Positions 26,228 to 38,600 of a stretch of 64,000 nt of DNA are shown here, one piece after another. The translations under genes were made by a program, and so were the position numbers. How positions within the stretch are numbered: position 1 is the stretch's first letter; every line of letters starts with the position of its first letter. The notes under the pieces are model-generated. The model ran no database searches. It was not told the origin of the DNA and was given only the letters and a program-made list of their open reading frames with translations. Where the stretch lies: contig JAAOMT010000480.1 of the NCBI GenBank assembly GCA_016748015.1, positions 310,001 to 374,000 of the forward strand, given 5' to 3'. Source of the DNA: Geosiphon pyriformis uo1 (taxonomy: Eukaryota; Fungi; Glomeromycota).

Positions 26228-27787
26228 TTATTTAAAAAAGCTATCTATTTGCAACTGTTTTTTCTCTTCTTGAACTTTGAAAACAGTATTACGAATTAAT
26301 GTTCTCAAAGTTTTAAAAAAGTCTGAATCAACTTTTTCATTATACTGCTTTTCACAATAGCGCAATGTATCTTTAAGTGCAATTTTATCTTAATGTGTAG
26401 ATAGTAAAGGCAAAGGTTTATCTTCATTTTTACTTTCTAAATCTTCATTTGCATTAGAATTTCTACTATACTTGTTATTAATAAGATCCACAATTTTATC
26501 CTCTGAGACATAAGTGAATAATGGTTCAAACTTGTTAATATTAATAAAGTCTATTGCCAATAGCTTGTCAATATCAATGTGCTTAATAAGAACTTGTACT
26601 TTTGGTAGAAGTTCTTATTCAATATCTAATAAATAGACTGGCATTTGACTATTATTCAGAATTTCCATATGATGCCAACAGTTTTGGATTGTAGTTGTTG
26701 TTACTGCTAACCACACATTAATTAAAAAGTCAACCACATCTTTTAATGTTACTGTTGATATTGGAATCTTGTCATCATACTAATTAATAAGATGGAAAAG
26801 AAACAACTTTTAGTATTGTGTCTTAAAGGATGCAATAATTCCTGTATTTAATAGTTGCAAATGAGATGTTGTATTGGATGGTAAGTATCTAATCATAATA
26901 TTAGATAATATAGAAAATTCTCTACCATAGAGACCAGTATTATCAAACAATAGTAAAATTTTTTTTTTCTTGTGATGTATTTTTTTATTTAATAAATTAA
27001 GCCATTCACTAAAAATATTAGTTTACATCTATGCTTTTGTATTGTAATGATAAGTAATTGGAAATGCATTTATATTAATATTGCGAAAACATCATGGCTT
27101 TATGGCTTTGCCGATAATTAAAGACTGCAACTTGATACTGTCTGTTGTATTACAAACAAAAAGTATGGTAATTCGACTCTTATCATGCTTGGTGCCAGAG
27201 GTAGATCTTGTTGCCAAAATTGCATTTGGTGGCATTCTAAAAAATAATGCTGTCTTATTGGTATTATAAACATCATTTAGATCATATTCACTGATAATCT
27301 CATGCAGTTTCTTTTATTCCTCTGGTAAAATTTCCAAGGGGACACTGTTTGCTTCACCATGTATTTTAATGTGGTGCAAATTATGATGTTTTTTGAACTT
27401 TTCTAACTAACCATCTGATGCTTTAAAGTTATTTTCTTCTGGAAACTTTTCAGCAAACTTGAGGGCTTTTATTTGTAAAATTTTTCCAGTAAGAATGCAG
27501 TTGGTAACTAGTGCTCCAAGCATCCTTTCTCTCAGTACATCATTTATCTTTGGAAACATTTTTTTTCTGTCCTTTGTCAATTGACCAAAGTTGCCAAATA
27601 CATTCTTTTTAATCTATCAGTCTGATTTTGCAAGTATCTTTGTTACAGTAAAGCAGTCAACCTTTAGATTAAATATTTTGATAAGTCTATTTGCTGAGTA
27701 GTCAAGATGCTTTAGTTTGTACTGGCAAAGAGCCTTTTTAATTACCAAGAAGATTGCTACTTGCTTTTGGTTCGTGTTTTTTGGTAT
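26228..27787 (-). pseudogene. pogo/CENP-B-family transposase (HTH plus DDE_1), disrupted
   Basis: FKASDG*LEKFKKHH, HGEANSV, DVYNTNKTALFFRMPP, RITILFVCN, ILLLFDN, YLPSNTTSHLQLLN; C-terminus QLQIDSFFK*; start decayed to ATA. Confidence 0.92.
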
Positions 27788-27949
27788 GTTAATAAGAACA
27801 CACTTTTTATTGTATTTTGTTTTTATAACACATTGATGTATCTATTATGTCTCAAACATTATTTTGCCTTATATCTAATTAGACATGTGAAGTGTTTCAT
27901 ATCATATGAAGTGTCTCAGATTATAAAAAGCAGCCAAATTATAAAAATA

Positions 27950-28170
27950 AAGGTTTTAATCTAACTGTAGAATTCTAAGTGCAAATAACAGATTCTTAGT
28001 AAAAAAAAACCTAATTTTGATAATGTATTTGCGACACTTTTTACCTCTTACTCCCAACTGATGATCAATAATGAAGGCTGTCAATTTGATCCTCCACATA
28101 CTTGCATAATCACATAGAAGATAGCACAATGTCATGTTGTCAAGCCCTCCAAACACAACAACACCTATAT
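27950..28170 (-). pseudogene. Captured fragment of a PP-loop ATPase, TilS (tRNA-Ile lysidine synthetase)-like
   Basis: GVVVFGGLDNMTLCYLL...KLTAFIIDHQL resembles GVAVSGGxDSMAL...VDHxLR. Followed by EVKSVANTLSKL and ILQLD. Confidence 0.7.
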
Positions 28171-28294
28171 CAATTGGAATATTAATATAAAATACTTTGC
28201 ACAATGTTAAGAATATCAAAGTAAAAGTCAACTGCAGTTTTTTAAAAAATGTCCTAATAATTATAAGTTATGAAATTCAATATGTAATATATAT

Positions 28295-29160
28295 AGGCAT
28301 GCAATGGCTTCCGAATTAATATGGTTATATGTTGTTTCTAAGAAAAATCTATCTGTTGAAGATTACTTAGAATGGGCCCAAAATAAAACAGATTCTACAT
28401 TCAGGTTAAAGTATGAACAAGTCTTTTTTTATTTACAAGCAATTATTAACTTTCACACTGGAGTTTGTTTCAATAGGTCTTCATTAAAACTCGCAGCTAG
28501 ATGAATGTTTGCACCAATTTGGTCTGCTTGATGCCATCCTATTTACCAATTAATTGAAATTGCTAATGAAGAACAATGGCTATGATTGAAGCTTAAAGTT
28601 TGCAAGCTGATTCAAAAAAGAATTGTAATTTCTTGATCTAAACTTTCAAATCAACATCAAGGCCATGATGCAATACTTGAAGAAATTAACAAAATACTTA
28701 AATCATTAATTCTTTCTACACCTTCACAATGACATTGGAAAATTGCAGCGCATAACTGTATCAAATTTGAGAAATTGTGTACTAATCTCTTTAATGTTAT
28801 TAGATATTCTAAAAATAAAATATACAGGTCTCATACATATCCTAGTTTTATTGCTAAATCAAATTGATTTCGAGTTCAGATAAAAAAGACACAGTTTGTA
28901 AATCCAAAGGTCTCTAATCATGTTTTTTGTAATATTGGCCATGAATGGATATTAAGTAAAGAAATAAAAAAATTCAGTAAAATTGCATGGATGAAAAGAA
29001 TAGACTTTCTTAAAGCAAGACAAATTAAAAAAACATTGTTAGGTACTTGGAAACCAATTCCAGTAACAAGTAAAAAAGCAGATTATTAAAAAATATAAAT
29101 CTGTTAATAAAATCACAACTATTACCTATTATTAACTCTCTAATACCTCTTTTAAGTAAT
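28295..29160 (+). pseudogene. Captured fragment of an uncharacterised protein (possibly DUF6589-like/transposon-associated)
   Basis: A single frame read through stops: MASELIWLYV...LQAIINFHTGV...MFAPIWSA*CHPIYQLIE...NQHQGHDAILEEINKILKSLI. Family assignment tentative. Confidence 0.5.
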
Positions 29161-29249
29161 CATGTTTTTGAAGCTTATCAAGTTAATCATGTGACAGCCT
29201 AATAAATATCCTTCAAGAAGTTAGAAATATATTGTATTGTGTACAGTTT

Positions 29250-30090
29250 TGTTTATCTTGGGTTGGGTGTATTACCATTTATAATTGGCATTTTTAAAAC
29301 ATAATATGTTAAGTCTAGGCCCAAATCTCCATTTTGCGTGATTATGTTTGGATTATAAAAAACATTCAACATGGATTTATTTGCTCCAAAAAAGTTGATT
29401 TTTAATACATCTTTAAAACTATCAGTCAAACTTTTGCTTGCTAATACTAAATATTGGTCAAATGATAAATATGATTGCTAGTATAAAGCTCTTTTTTAAT
29501 CACAGATGCCAAAGTTGGTGTGAAAATGTATTTATTGGGTATATATCGGAATTTTCATGCTCTGAGTTTTATTACTGGTCACATTTCTTTTTTTAAGAAA
29601 AAATAAATTCAAACTCCATTTCCAGTTGATTTGCTTGAGCAATGTCCTATTAACAAACTTGTTTCTGGAGAATCCCATTGGACCATTATTCTTGCTTATA
29701 GGTCTGTTAATTCTTTCTCCCAATACAGAAAAAAAGTAATCTTGTTAGCCAAAGTTTGATCCAGAGTAACTTTATTGATACCTGCAGTAACAGCCTCCAA
29801 AGCACTACCAGCCTTTGAAGCACTACCAGTCTTTAAAGCACCAAAAGCAGCAGTATTGTACCATATGTCAACTATTATTAAAACTTTCATAATACTTGCA
29901 AACAACAAGCCAGATATAATAGTTCCATTATTGTCTTCTGATAGTGATGGTGGTTTATAAAGAAGAAGAGTAATTGAATGTTGTAATATTTCAGAAATTT
30001 TGTTTAGTGTTCTACAATTGTTTCCAGAAACTTCTCTAATTTTTTTTACTACCATAAAAAAAATGATTTCTATTGACAAATCAGGAAATC
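29250..30090 (-). pseudogene. Captured fragment of an unidentified protein-coding gene
   Basis: ORF 29696-30079 and an in-frame continuation (ARIMVQWDSPETSLLIGH); more GC-rich than the flanks. Confidence 0.4.
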
Positions 30091-31869
30091 TCCCTTACTG
30101 TACATGTTCAATTAAATATGAGATGACATTTGATATTTATATCTAATATTATATGATTATAATATGACTATAGAGAGTGAAAATTACTTATATTCTGCTA
30201 TCATATTTGTGGAGATAAGGACTATAAGGAGATATATATAGTAAAAATAACTATAAAGAGATAATATTATATATAAATGGTTTTGGTTTTTAAAAAAATA
30301 TGATTATAAAAAGATAGTGACTATAACCAGAGAGACTATATAGAAAGTTTACTGTATTCTCAAATAATTAATTAATAATATATGTTTTCCTACTAGTCTT
30401 TTTTAATAGAATACCAAGATTATAAGCAGTTGTTTCTATTGGCAAAGTAAACAAAAATGCTTTAAAATAATCTTTTAACATTTAGATATCACAATTTTTT
30501 ATAGTTTTAGCCATATATACTAAGTTTTTTTCAATCAAAAATAATTACTTAAATGCTAACTAGTCAGTTTGGTTTAATTTAACAAACTTTATTATAGCCT
30601 TCTGCTATAGTTTAATTAATTGCAATTGGATTAATATTATGTGATTATATTCAAATACTATAACAATAATCATATTTTTTGGCATATTTATGAGAATTTT
30701 TTTGATTACTATAGCTTAATCTGACTTAATTTTTTGTTTTTACATTGTTGTTTACTTTGATTTCTTTTTTTTTGGCCAATAATGTAGTTTTTACTATGTT
30801 TTTTTTTGATGTAAATATAAATTTAATGATTTTTTTAAATTTTAAGAAAGTAGTAATTCTTCCAAAACCATTAATTATTGAAAAAAAATTTTTAATAAAT
30901 TGAGTTTTTGCTATTGTTAATTTGTTTTCTATTACTAAAAGATTAATGTTTAATATAAAGAGTTTTTTAATAATTACTCTAATTTGAGTTTTACAATTTT
31001 AAAGTTAATCCACTTTTTGTTAAAAGAGATATTAATAAGAAAAAGAAGAAGTTTTTTATCTTTATTTATTTTATAGTCGATTATATCAATAAAGAACTCA
31101 TAATTTAAACTGGTATTAATTTTTTTAACATTAAAAGTTGTTACAATTAAACCAAAAAAAAAACTACTACCAGTACTTAATAATATATTACCAACTTTAC
31201 TGTTACTAAATTTACTATTTATATTCGAATATATGTTATTATTAAAACCAAATTTAATTAAAAAAATTTTTTTTTTATCATCAGAGTATTTAATATTACT
31301 TATAGAAACTATTTTTTTTGAAAGAAAGTATTTCTAACAGGACTATAAAAGACTCTTTTAAGTATTTTTTCTTAGACATATTGTTACTTGAAACAACTTT
31401 TAAGTTTACCACCAAAAAATTATTAACTTAAAAATGTTAAAATTAAAAAATAGAAACAAAATAATATTAATTATTTAATAGTATTATTATATTAAATTTA
31501 ATATTAAAAATTATTATTTAAATAAAAATTTTTTTATTAATAATATAATTTAAATTATTTTTAACATTTTTTTTAATTTTAAAAACTTCTTAAAATTCAT
31601 TATTTTTTATAATTAAAATTTATTTTATTTTATTTTAATATCTAAAAAAAATAAAATCCTAATTAACTTTATAATTAATAAAACTAAAACATTAATAAAT
31701 TTAATAATAGATTTAATTAGCAAAATTAATTTGGTTAATTCAAATTTTAAAAAAGCCAACTTGAAATTAATTTTATAATTGACAATAAAAATAGTAGTAA
31801 ATAAACAAATTTTAATATAAAATTTTATACTAATAAAATAAAATTTTAAAATTTTAATTATATATTTAA

Positions 31870-34480
31870 ACAAAAACTTGTGTATAGGTATAAGTTGAAT
31901 TTTCATTTTGTTTTTAAGAATGGTCATGTAAAATCTTAGACTGGGCTGTTTTTTTTTTACTCCTGGTATTTTTGTCAATAATATGATTTGAATTAGCAGC
32001 AATTAAAATACTACCCAATACATCTTTAATATTGCCAAATTTTTTCAGATCAATGACATCTCTATTAATAATAACAAGACAGTGTTTTTACCTATTAATT
32101 GTAAAGTTGTAAATCTTTTTTTGTCAATTAGTGGCTCATCCATTTTTATCACCAAAAAAGGGGAGTCTCATTACTATTTGGTATTTTTTTATCTATTGAA
32201 AATCTTTTGAAGTCTAGTCTGACCAAAACTTACTCTAATGTCTGGTTTTTTGCCAATCTTGTTTTAAGAAAAGCCATCTCTAATAAGCAATTCTTGTACT
32301 TGGTGTTGACAGTTCTCTATTCTATCATTAGTTACAAAATGCAATTTAGCTTTGTTCCTATTGGTGTATGTAATAAGTCAGATGCTTTAATTCATAAAAA
32401 TTTGAAGCTGAAATCTGGTTTGCCTCTTAATTTCCTTAATAATGCAATTTATCATCTTTCTTTGTACAGTTTGAAAACTTTTGAACAGATTCAGTTTGAA
32501 AAAAAATTGGCATTTCTTGTGAATTTTGTAAATTTTGGTGGAATTTTGGGTTATTTGTTTTCTTATAGATCTTATAACTTACAAGTTTTGTGTTAGCATC
32601 TACTTTATTTTTTGAGTTTCTTGGTTGATATTAGAGTTAGTTCTTTTGATAATTTTTTGGCAGATGTGGTTTTTATTTTTTTTAAGTATGATTTATCTCT
32701 AAGTAGTCTTATAAACAATTCTTTTTGTCTTTAGAATAGAATGTCTATATTAGTGGTTCTTAGTAAATTCAGATTTTCTAGGCTTCTCTTTTTGTTTTGG
32801 TGGTACTGCATTGCTTTTGTGAATCAGCTTTATGATTGTTTTGGTGCTGTTTTTAACTGAAATACCTTCAAATGGTGGAAGAGATTGGATTTTTATGGTC
32901 TTATTTCTGAAAAATTTAAACTCTCTGTTGTATTTTTTGATAGTATGACTTTTTTTCTTATGTGTTCTTCTTTTTTGAGTGTTGTTGAACTTTCTAATAT
33001 TCTCAAGTCTAATAAATTTAAGCTGGTTTATAGTTAATTGTCTTGTGTTAATGCTAACAGTCTGTCTGTTTATATGGATAAGTCTCTAAAGGACTTAGAG
33101 ACTGTTAACAGAAGAGCTAGTACTGTAGTTTTTTTTGATAACATAAATTTGGGTTTGAATATTAAAGTTTTTGGTTTGATGTTTTTTATTTTGACAAAAT
33201 TACAGGCTATTATATTGGTTCTAAAATGTGCTTCTTTTTTTAACATGGTTTATTTGTTTATTAACAGTTAGACTGCTTTGGATGCATGCAGATTGGAATT
33301 AAGTTTGGTGTGTTCAGATTTTCATAATCAGTGTTGGATGAAACATCAACACATTGTGAATATTGTTTGTGGTAAAAATTTGAAGATTAGTTGGCACAAG
33401 GTAAAAAATTACTTGAATATTATGAGCAATAAGCACATTAATGCATTTGCTAATACCACTTCTTTTTCTAATTGGTATTTTTTCTTTCATTTGAAGAATT
33501 ATTATATTATGGTTGGTAATAGTATTATTTCTGGTAATTCTAAACACTTCGTTTGTGATATCTTTTAGTATGTTCATTATGTATGTTAAAAAATTGATTC
33601 TAGTTCTAAAGTTCTGACAAGTAGTTTGCTTTTGAACATTAATTGGCTTAGCTTTTTTTGGTGTGGCATCCCAACTTGCATATGGCTGTTGGTTTTACTA
33701 GTAGACTTACTACTGGTGCTTGCATTTATTTTATAAAGATTCTTTACTATTAGCTGCCAGTTGTTGTTCAGAAATGTCTATATAACAAATGCTATTCTAG
33801 TATAATATGTCTATATTGTGGTAATATTAAAGTCTTGAACCATGTTTTTTCTTGCAAAGTCAACATTTCTGTTTGTTATTATTTGTTGAATGCTTATGTA
33901 AATGTTTGAAGATTGCTTTTTGGTTTTTTTCATTCTTTTTCATGTATATCTCAGCTATTTTTGTTTTGTATTTCTGATGTTGCTATATGTATAGCCCTTT
34001 GTAAGAGTTTTGTTTTTAATAGTTGGTTTTAAGAGACTGTTTCAGTCTTTTATAATTTCAAAGTTGTAAGTTTAAAGATTGTAAATTTTGTCTGTGCTTT
34101 TTGTTTTGTTTTTAGAAATGAAGTTTAGTTGGTCTATGTAAAGCATTATGCCTATACAGAAAAGAACAGATTAATTTTACCTAATGGCTCAGCTCTTGTC
34201 TTAATCTTTGAATTGTCTTTGGGATTTTTTGCTGGCATAGTTAGATTGCTCAGTATTGCTAAAGCATTTGGTGTTTGTTTTGGTTTTCATAAGTTATGTT
34301 CATTTTTTTCAGATATTGAGAATGTGGTTTGATTTGTATAGATACTTAGTGTTGTTTTAATTGGCTCAAATAATTGGTCACATGTAGAAAAAGCATAATT
34401 CACATCTAGTTTAGATCAATTATTTAATATATTGTACTAGGTAGTGTTTAGATTTTATTTGTTAAGCATAATTAAAAAAA
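31870..34480 (+). mobile_element. 5'-truncated LINE (RT C-terminal half, RNase H, 3' UTR, poly-A)
   Basis: GIFVNNMI (decayed AFVDD), NDISINNNKTV, SVYMDKSL, CLYCGNIKVLNHVFSC; conserved 3' UTR 34350-34480. Confidence 0.88.
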
Positions 34481-34639
34481 AATTAAAGATTAAATAGTTT
34501 AAATTTTAATATTTAAAATATTATTAACAATTAAAAATTTTTATTGATTTTTAAAATATTATTTTACAATTATATTATTTAAATTTTTAAAAATAAAATT
34601 AAATAAAATTGAAAAATAAAGTAAATACAATTATGTATT

Positions 34640-35345
34640 TAAAAAACTAGCTTATTAATTTTAAAAACAATATAATTAATATAAAATTATTTTTATAATT
34701 TATATTATTAATTAATATATATTTTAATTTATTACTTATTATTTAATCAAATTATTAAATATAATATTTAATTAATAATCTAATTTATATAATATACAAA
34801 TATAATTAAAATATAATTAGTTTATATAAATAATTTATAATTTGCTAAAATATACTTTTAATTTACCAAAAAATTGGTATTTAAATATATTAAATTATAA
34901 AATAGTATTATAACAAATTATATAAAAAAAAGATTTTTTTTTAAAAAATATATTTTTGTTCAGAATAATTAATTAACTACTACAAATTAATAAAATAGAA
35001 TTTACTTTAAAAATCAAACTTTTTTATAATTATTATTGTTTTAAAACTCATAAATTTAGAATAATATTCTAAAATTAATTAATTATTAATTTTAGTAATT
35101 ACTTATTATTTCTAAACAGAAAACATTTTTTTATATTATTAAATAGTTTGCAGTCAAAGTAACTACATAAATAATTAATATATAATTAATTATTTTATTA
35201 TAAACTTAACAGCACAAATAGTTTAAAGTATAAAAAAATATTTTAAAATAAATTAGATTATTAAAGATTTATTAGCTTTTATTAACAATAAATTTAACAA
35301 TAATTTAATATTAATAACAAAAAAAAATTAAAATCTTTGGTAATA
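34640..35345 (+). repeat. Extremely AT-decayed relic of LTR family B
   Basis: Colinear islands shared with 14188-15162: ttattacttattatttaatcaaatt, tagtattataacaa, aattttagtaat, caaagtaactacataa, and end aaatctttggtaata. Left edge approximate. Confidence 0.65.
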
Positions 35346-35624
35346 ATATATATAATTTAAAATAAACAATATTATAAAAAATAACAATAATAAAAACAAA
35401 ACATAATTAAACAAAAAAATTACAAAAATTTGAATAAATTTAATTAGTAAAACAATATTTAAAAAAATTTAAAATGTAAATTTTATTTTTATTTTTTTAT
35501 TAAGCATTTAATAAGTGAAACCCAACCACTATCTAGTACATAGAGCCAAACTAAGTGGTCCAAACTAAATGCAACTTATGCATCAACAACATGTGACTAG
35601 CCACTCAGGCCAGATGAGACAACA

Positions 35625-38600
35625 CTACACACTAATATTAACATAAGGCTTATCATCCAGACCCAAAAAAAAAAGGCAGGACCTAAGATGGCCAAAACTG
35701 ATAGCAAAAGACTTAATGATGTCAAGCATTCTTATCACACTATCAGAAAACACAGAAGACATACAACAGAACAAACCTAACACCAAATCATTATCACTAA
35801 CCAAGCCAGTCTTCTCCATGTCTGCTCTGAATCTAGATCTAACCAACCAGACTCTAGATTGATGCAGCTCAACCAAGAATCTCATAAAATCAACCACAAC
35901 ACAGGAAGCCTTCTTAACATCATCGAAAACATCTGCTGCCTCAGCACACCAAATCTTCATCACGAAACTCTTACACAAAACCAAATATCTGCCAACATCC
36001 AAATGACAAGAATCAAGGACCTGAAGAACAGAAAAGAAGGACAGGTCACAAGCACCAACCAAAGAAGCCCAGTGTACAGAAGCCTCCAGCAAAATCTCTC
36101 TCCAGATATGAACATCCTATGAACAAGTGAAAACATGGTCTAGCAGCTCCACCTTCCCACACAACAAACATTGAACACCTGGATAACATTTATTATACAG
36201 TCTCTTTCTGATTGCCATCAGCAATCTCTTATACAACACTTTCATTAAATATGTACAAAGATCTGCCGACTTGTGGCTAGTAAACCCAGCAAGCATGTGT
36301 AAATTAAAATACCAGATCTTTGCAGAAGCAGCCCAATCAAAATCCCCCAACATGTCAGCCAAAACCACATCCCAACCAGGACCAGCCTTCCAATAAGCAT
36401 AACAAATAGACCTAAACACATTTCTGACAAAGTGGCAGGCATTGCTTGAAACCACAGTGTCATCAGCCACCAAAAAACGCACCCATATTCTTATTGGCAA
36501 AACAAAAAAAGAGCAGGCAGTTTCTCTTGCAAATCTATTAACTTCCATATTGCCAAGAACACCAGCATGATCTTTGATCTTAATCCAATTCACACTAAGA
36601 TCCTTATCTCTAATCAAGTCGAAAACATGTCTCCTTTCGATCCAGTAGTGATTGCGGAAATCCGGAACTTTAAGCAACATCTCAAAAATACACACATTAA
36701 TAGCAGCTTGGCTGTCGAAATACAATACCACAGAACTAGATGAGGAAACACATTCCAAAGCCAGAGCAACAGCCTGCAACTCTGCCATAGTAGAGGACAA
36801 AAGGCCACAAACTTTGACTCCAACACCCAATCCCAAAGCTGGAAAATACACAGCCGCACTACTTGACACATCAGCAGTTCCAGCTCTCTTCAAAGACCCA
36901 TTTGTATATGCCTCAAAGCAGCCAGACCAAATCTCATGTAAACCATCCTGCACGGAGGAGAACACATCAGACTCCAAAACATTCAAACCACCAAATTGGA
37001 CAGCAACAGATAAGCGAGAGGAAGAAAAACTCTGATCCAGAAAATACTTAGAAGCAACCATAAACCAAAGAGGCACAGGGCCCCATGGATCTAAACACTT
37101 CCAGCAACAAAAAGTCTTCCAATCCAACAACAACCCCTTTTTATCAAAAAGCCAATTACTAAAAGCAACACCAAAACACTTAAGAGAATGAACAGAATCA
37201 AAGTACAAAGACTTTCTAAGAATCGAAGGTATCAGAAAATGATCAGAATGACGGAAAGTATTAGAGAGGTTGTTCACTAAAAAGAGATCAATATTCATCA
37301 AAATCTTCACAACACCCACTAAAAAATTGTTTACTGAACTAATACACAACTTAACAGAATACTGAAAAAGATTCAAAGGGGTCTAACTCAGAACCTGCAA
37401 GTCCAAAAACCTATGTTTAAATAAGCAGCCAAGAATACCAGATGCATTAGCAAATAAGACCAAGGAAGCCATTTCCCCTTAGACTGCACTTGCTCAAAAG
37501 ATTTTAGACCATACAAAGAAAAATAATGCAGAACAGCATTAGGAAAGTCACGAAATAGATGCGCCTTAGATCTGAAGCTCTTCCTAACTAAAACATCCCA
37601 CTTGCAGCAAACACCAGATGAAACAAAACTAAACTGCGTACAGTAACTAACAATGGGCTGCAAAACAGCTGACACCAAATAGGAAAACTGCTTATCTGTG
37701 ATCACCTTTTTGAGCACTCTGTTGACAAAAAAATGAACATTCGAGTGAGTTTTGGCCAAACTTGGTTTGGACAACTCTTCAGTTAACAAAAAAATCCCCA
37801 AATATCTGTGAGCTTTGTCCTTCCTGACAATAGAAATCGGCTGACCACTTATACTCAAAGTAGCAACCTTAACACCCTAATTAATAGGTATAGCCACTGT
37901 CTTCTCATTGTTTATGGAAATATCATTGATATAAAAGAACTCACTAGCAATATTTAAAGCATATTGCATATCTTGCAAAACCAACCACAGTTCTCTATTT
38001 TTTTCAAGAGCATTCTCAACCACTGATCTAACAGCAAAAACAGGAGATTGTGTTGATGTACTCTTTAATACTGAGAAATTGTCACCACAGAGAACGCTAA
38101 ACCTATTGCACGCAAAAGAAATCCTATTTGAAAGAATCTTGGAAAGAATCTTCCTGTCCATTTTTATCAAAACAATAGGACAAGTGTTTGTTAGAACTCC
38201 ATCCCAATCATAAGGTTTTGGGATCATTGAGACCCAGGCTCTCTTCTATAAAGCAGGTATTGAACCAACAGACAAACACACATTTAACAAAACCAAGAGA
38301 CACTTTATTATTTCCTCACCACTCTACTTCCAAAGTTCATTAGAAATGCCAGACAAACCAGCAGCTTTGCCATCAGGCAAACCACCAACAACCAAAAGCA
38401 ATTCATCCAAAGTGATAGCACTCATAACACCAGAAAAAGCATCATCCTTAACATAAACCAAAGGGGCATACTGACAGGCCCAGAGATCAGGCAGTATTGA
38501 AGACACCATCCACCTCCTTGTCCAGCCTTCCATGATACTATCAACTTTCAATTTCACCTCCTCAGGCTCCAAAACAAGCTTATCATCAATAACTAAATGA

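Larger units (their letters stand above)
26087..30354 (-). mobile_element. pogo/Tigger-type (Tc1/mariner superfamily) DNA transposon with cargo, 4268 bp
   Basis: TA|cagtaaactctctttataatc ... gactatatagaaagtttactg|TA (21-bp imperfect TIR, TA TSD). Flanks rejoin into the LINE ORF1. Confidence 0.93.
23851..31450 (-). mobile_element. LINE 5' part (ORF1, APE, linker), very decayed, split by the pogo element
   Basis: MSKKK start near 31379. ORF1 rejoins across the TA at 26085-26086/30355-30356. WKFVIYNIK near 25260; KKEYKKFKYY..KKAIEK near 24050. Confidence 0.8.

Noticed and set aside
27950-28231. Horizontal transfer of tilS from a bacterial endosymbiont
   Set aside because: Apparent spliceosomal intron signals point to a nuclear fungal source; it is only a fragment.
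31625-32002. I/K/L/F-rich 125-aa ORF (also 24165-24482, 41886-42113)
   Set aside because: Compositional artefacts of AT-rich decayed DNA.
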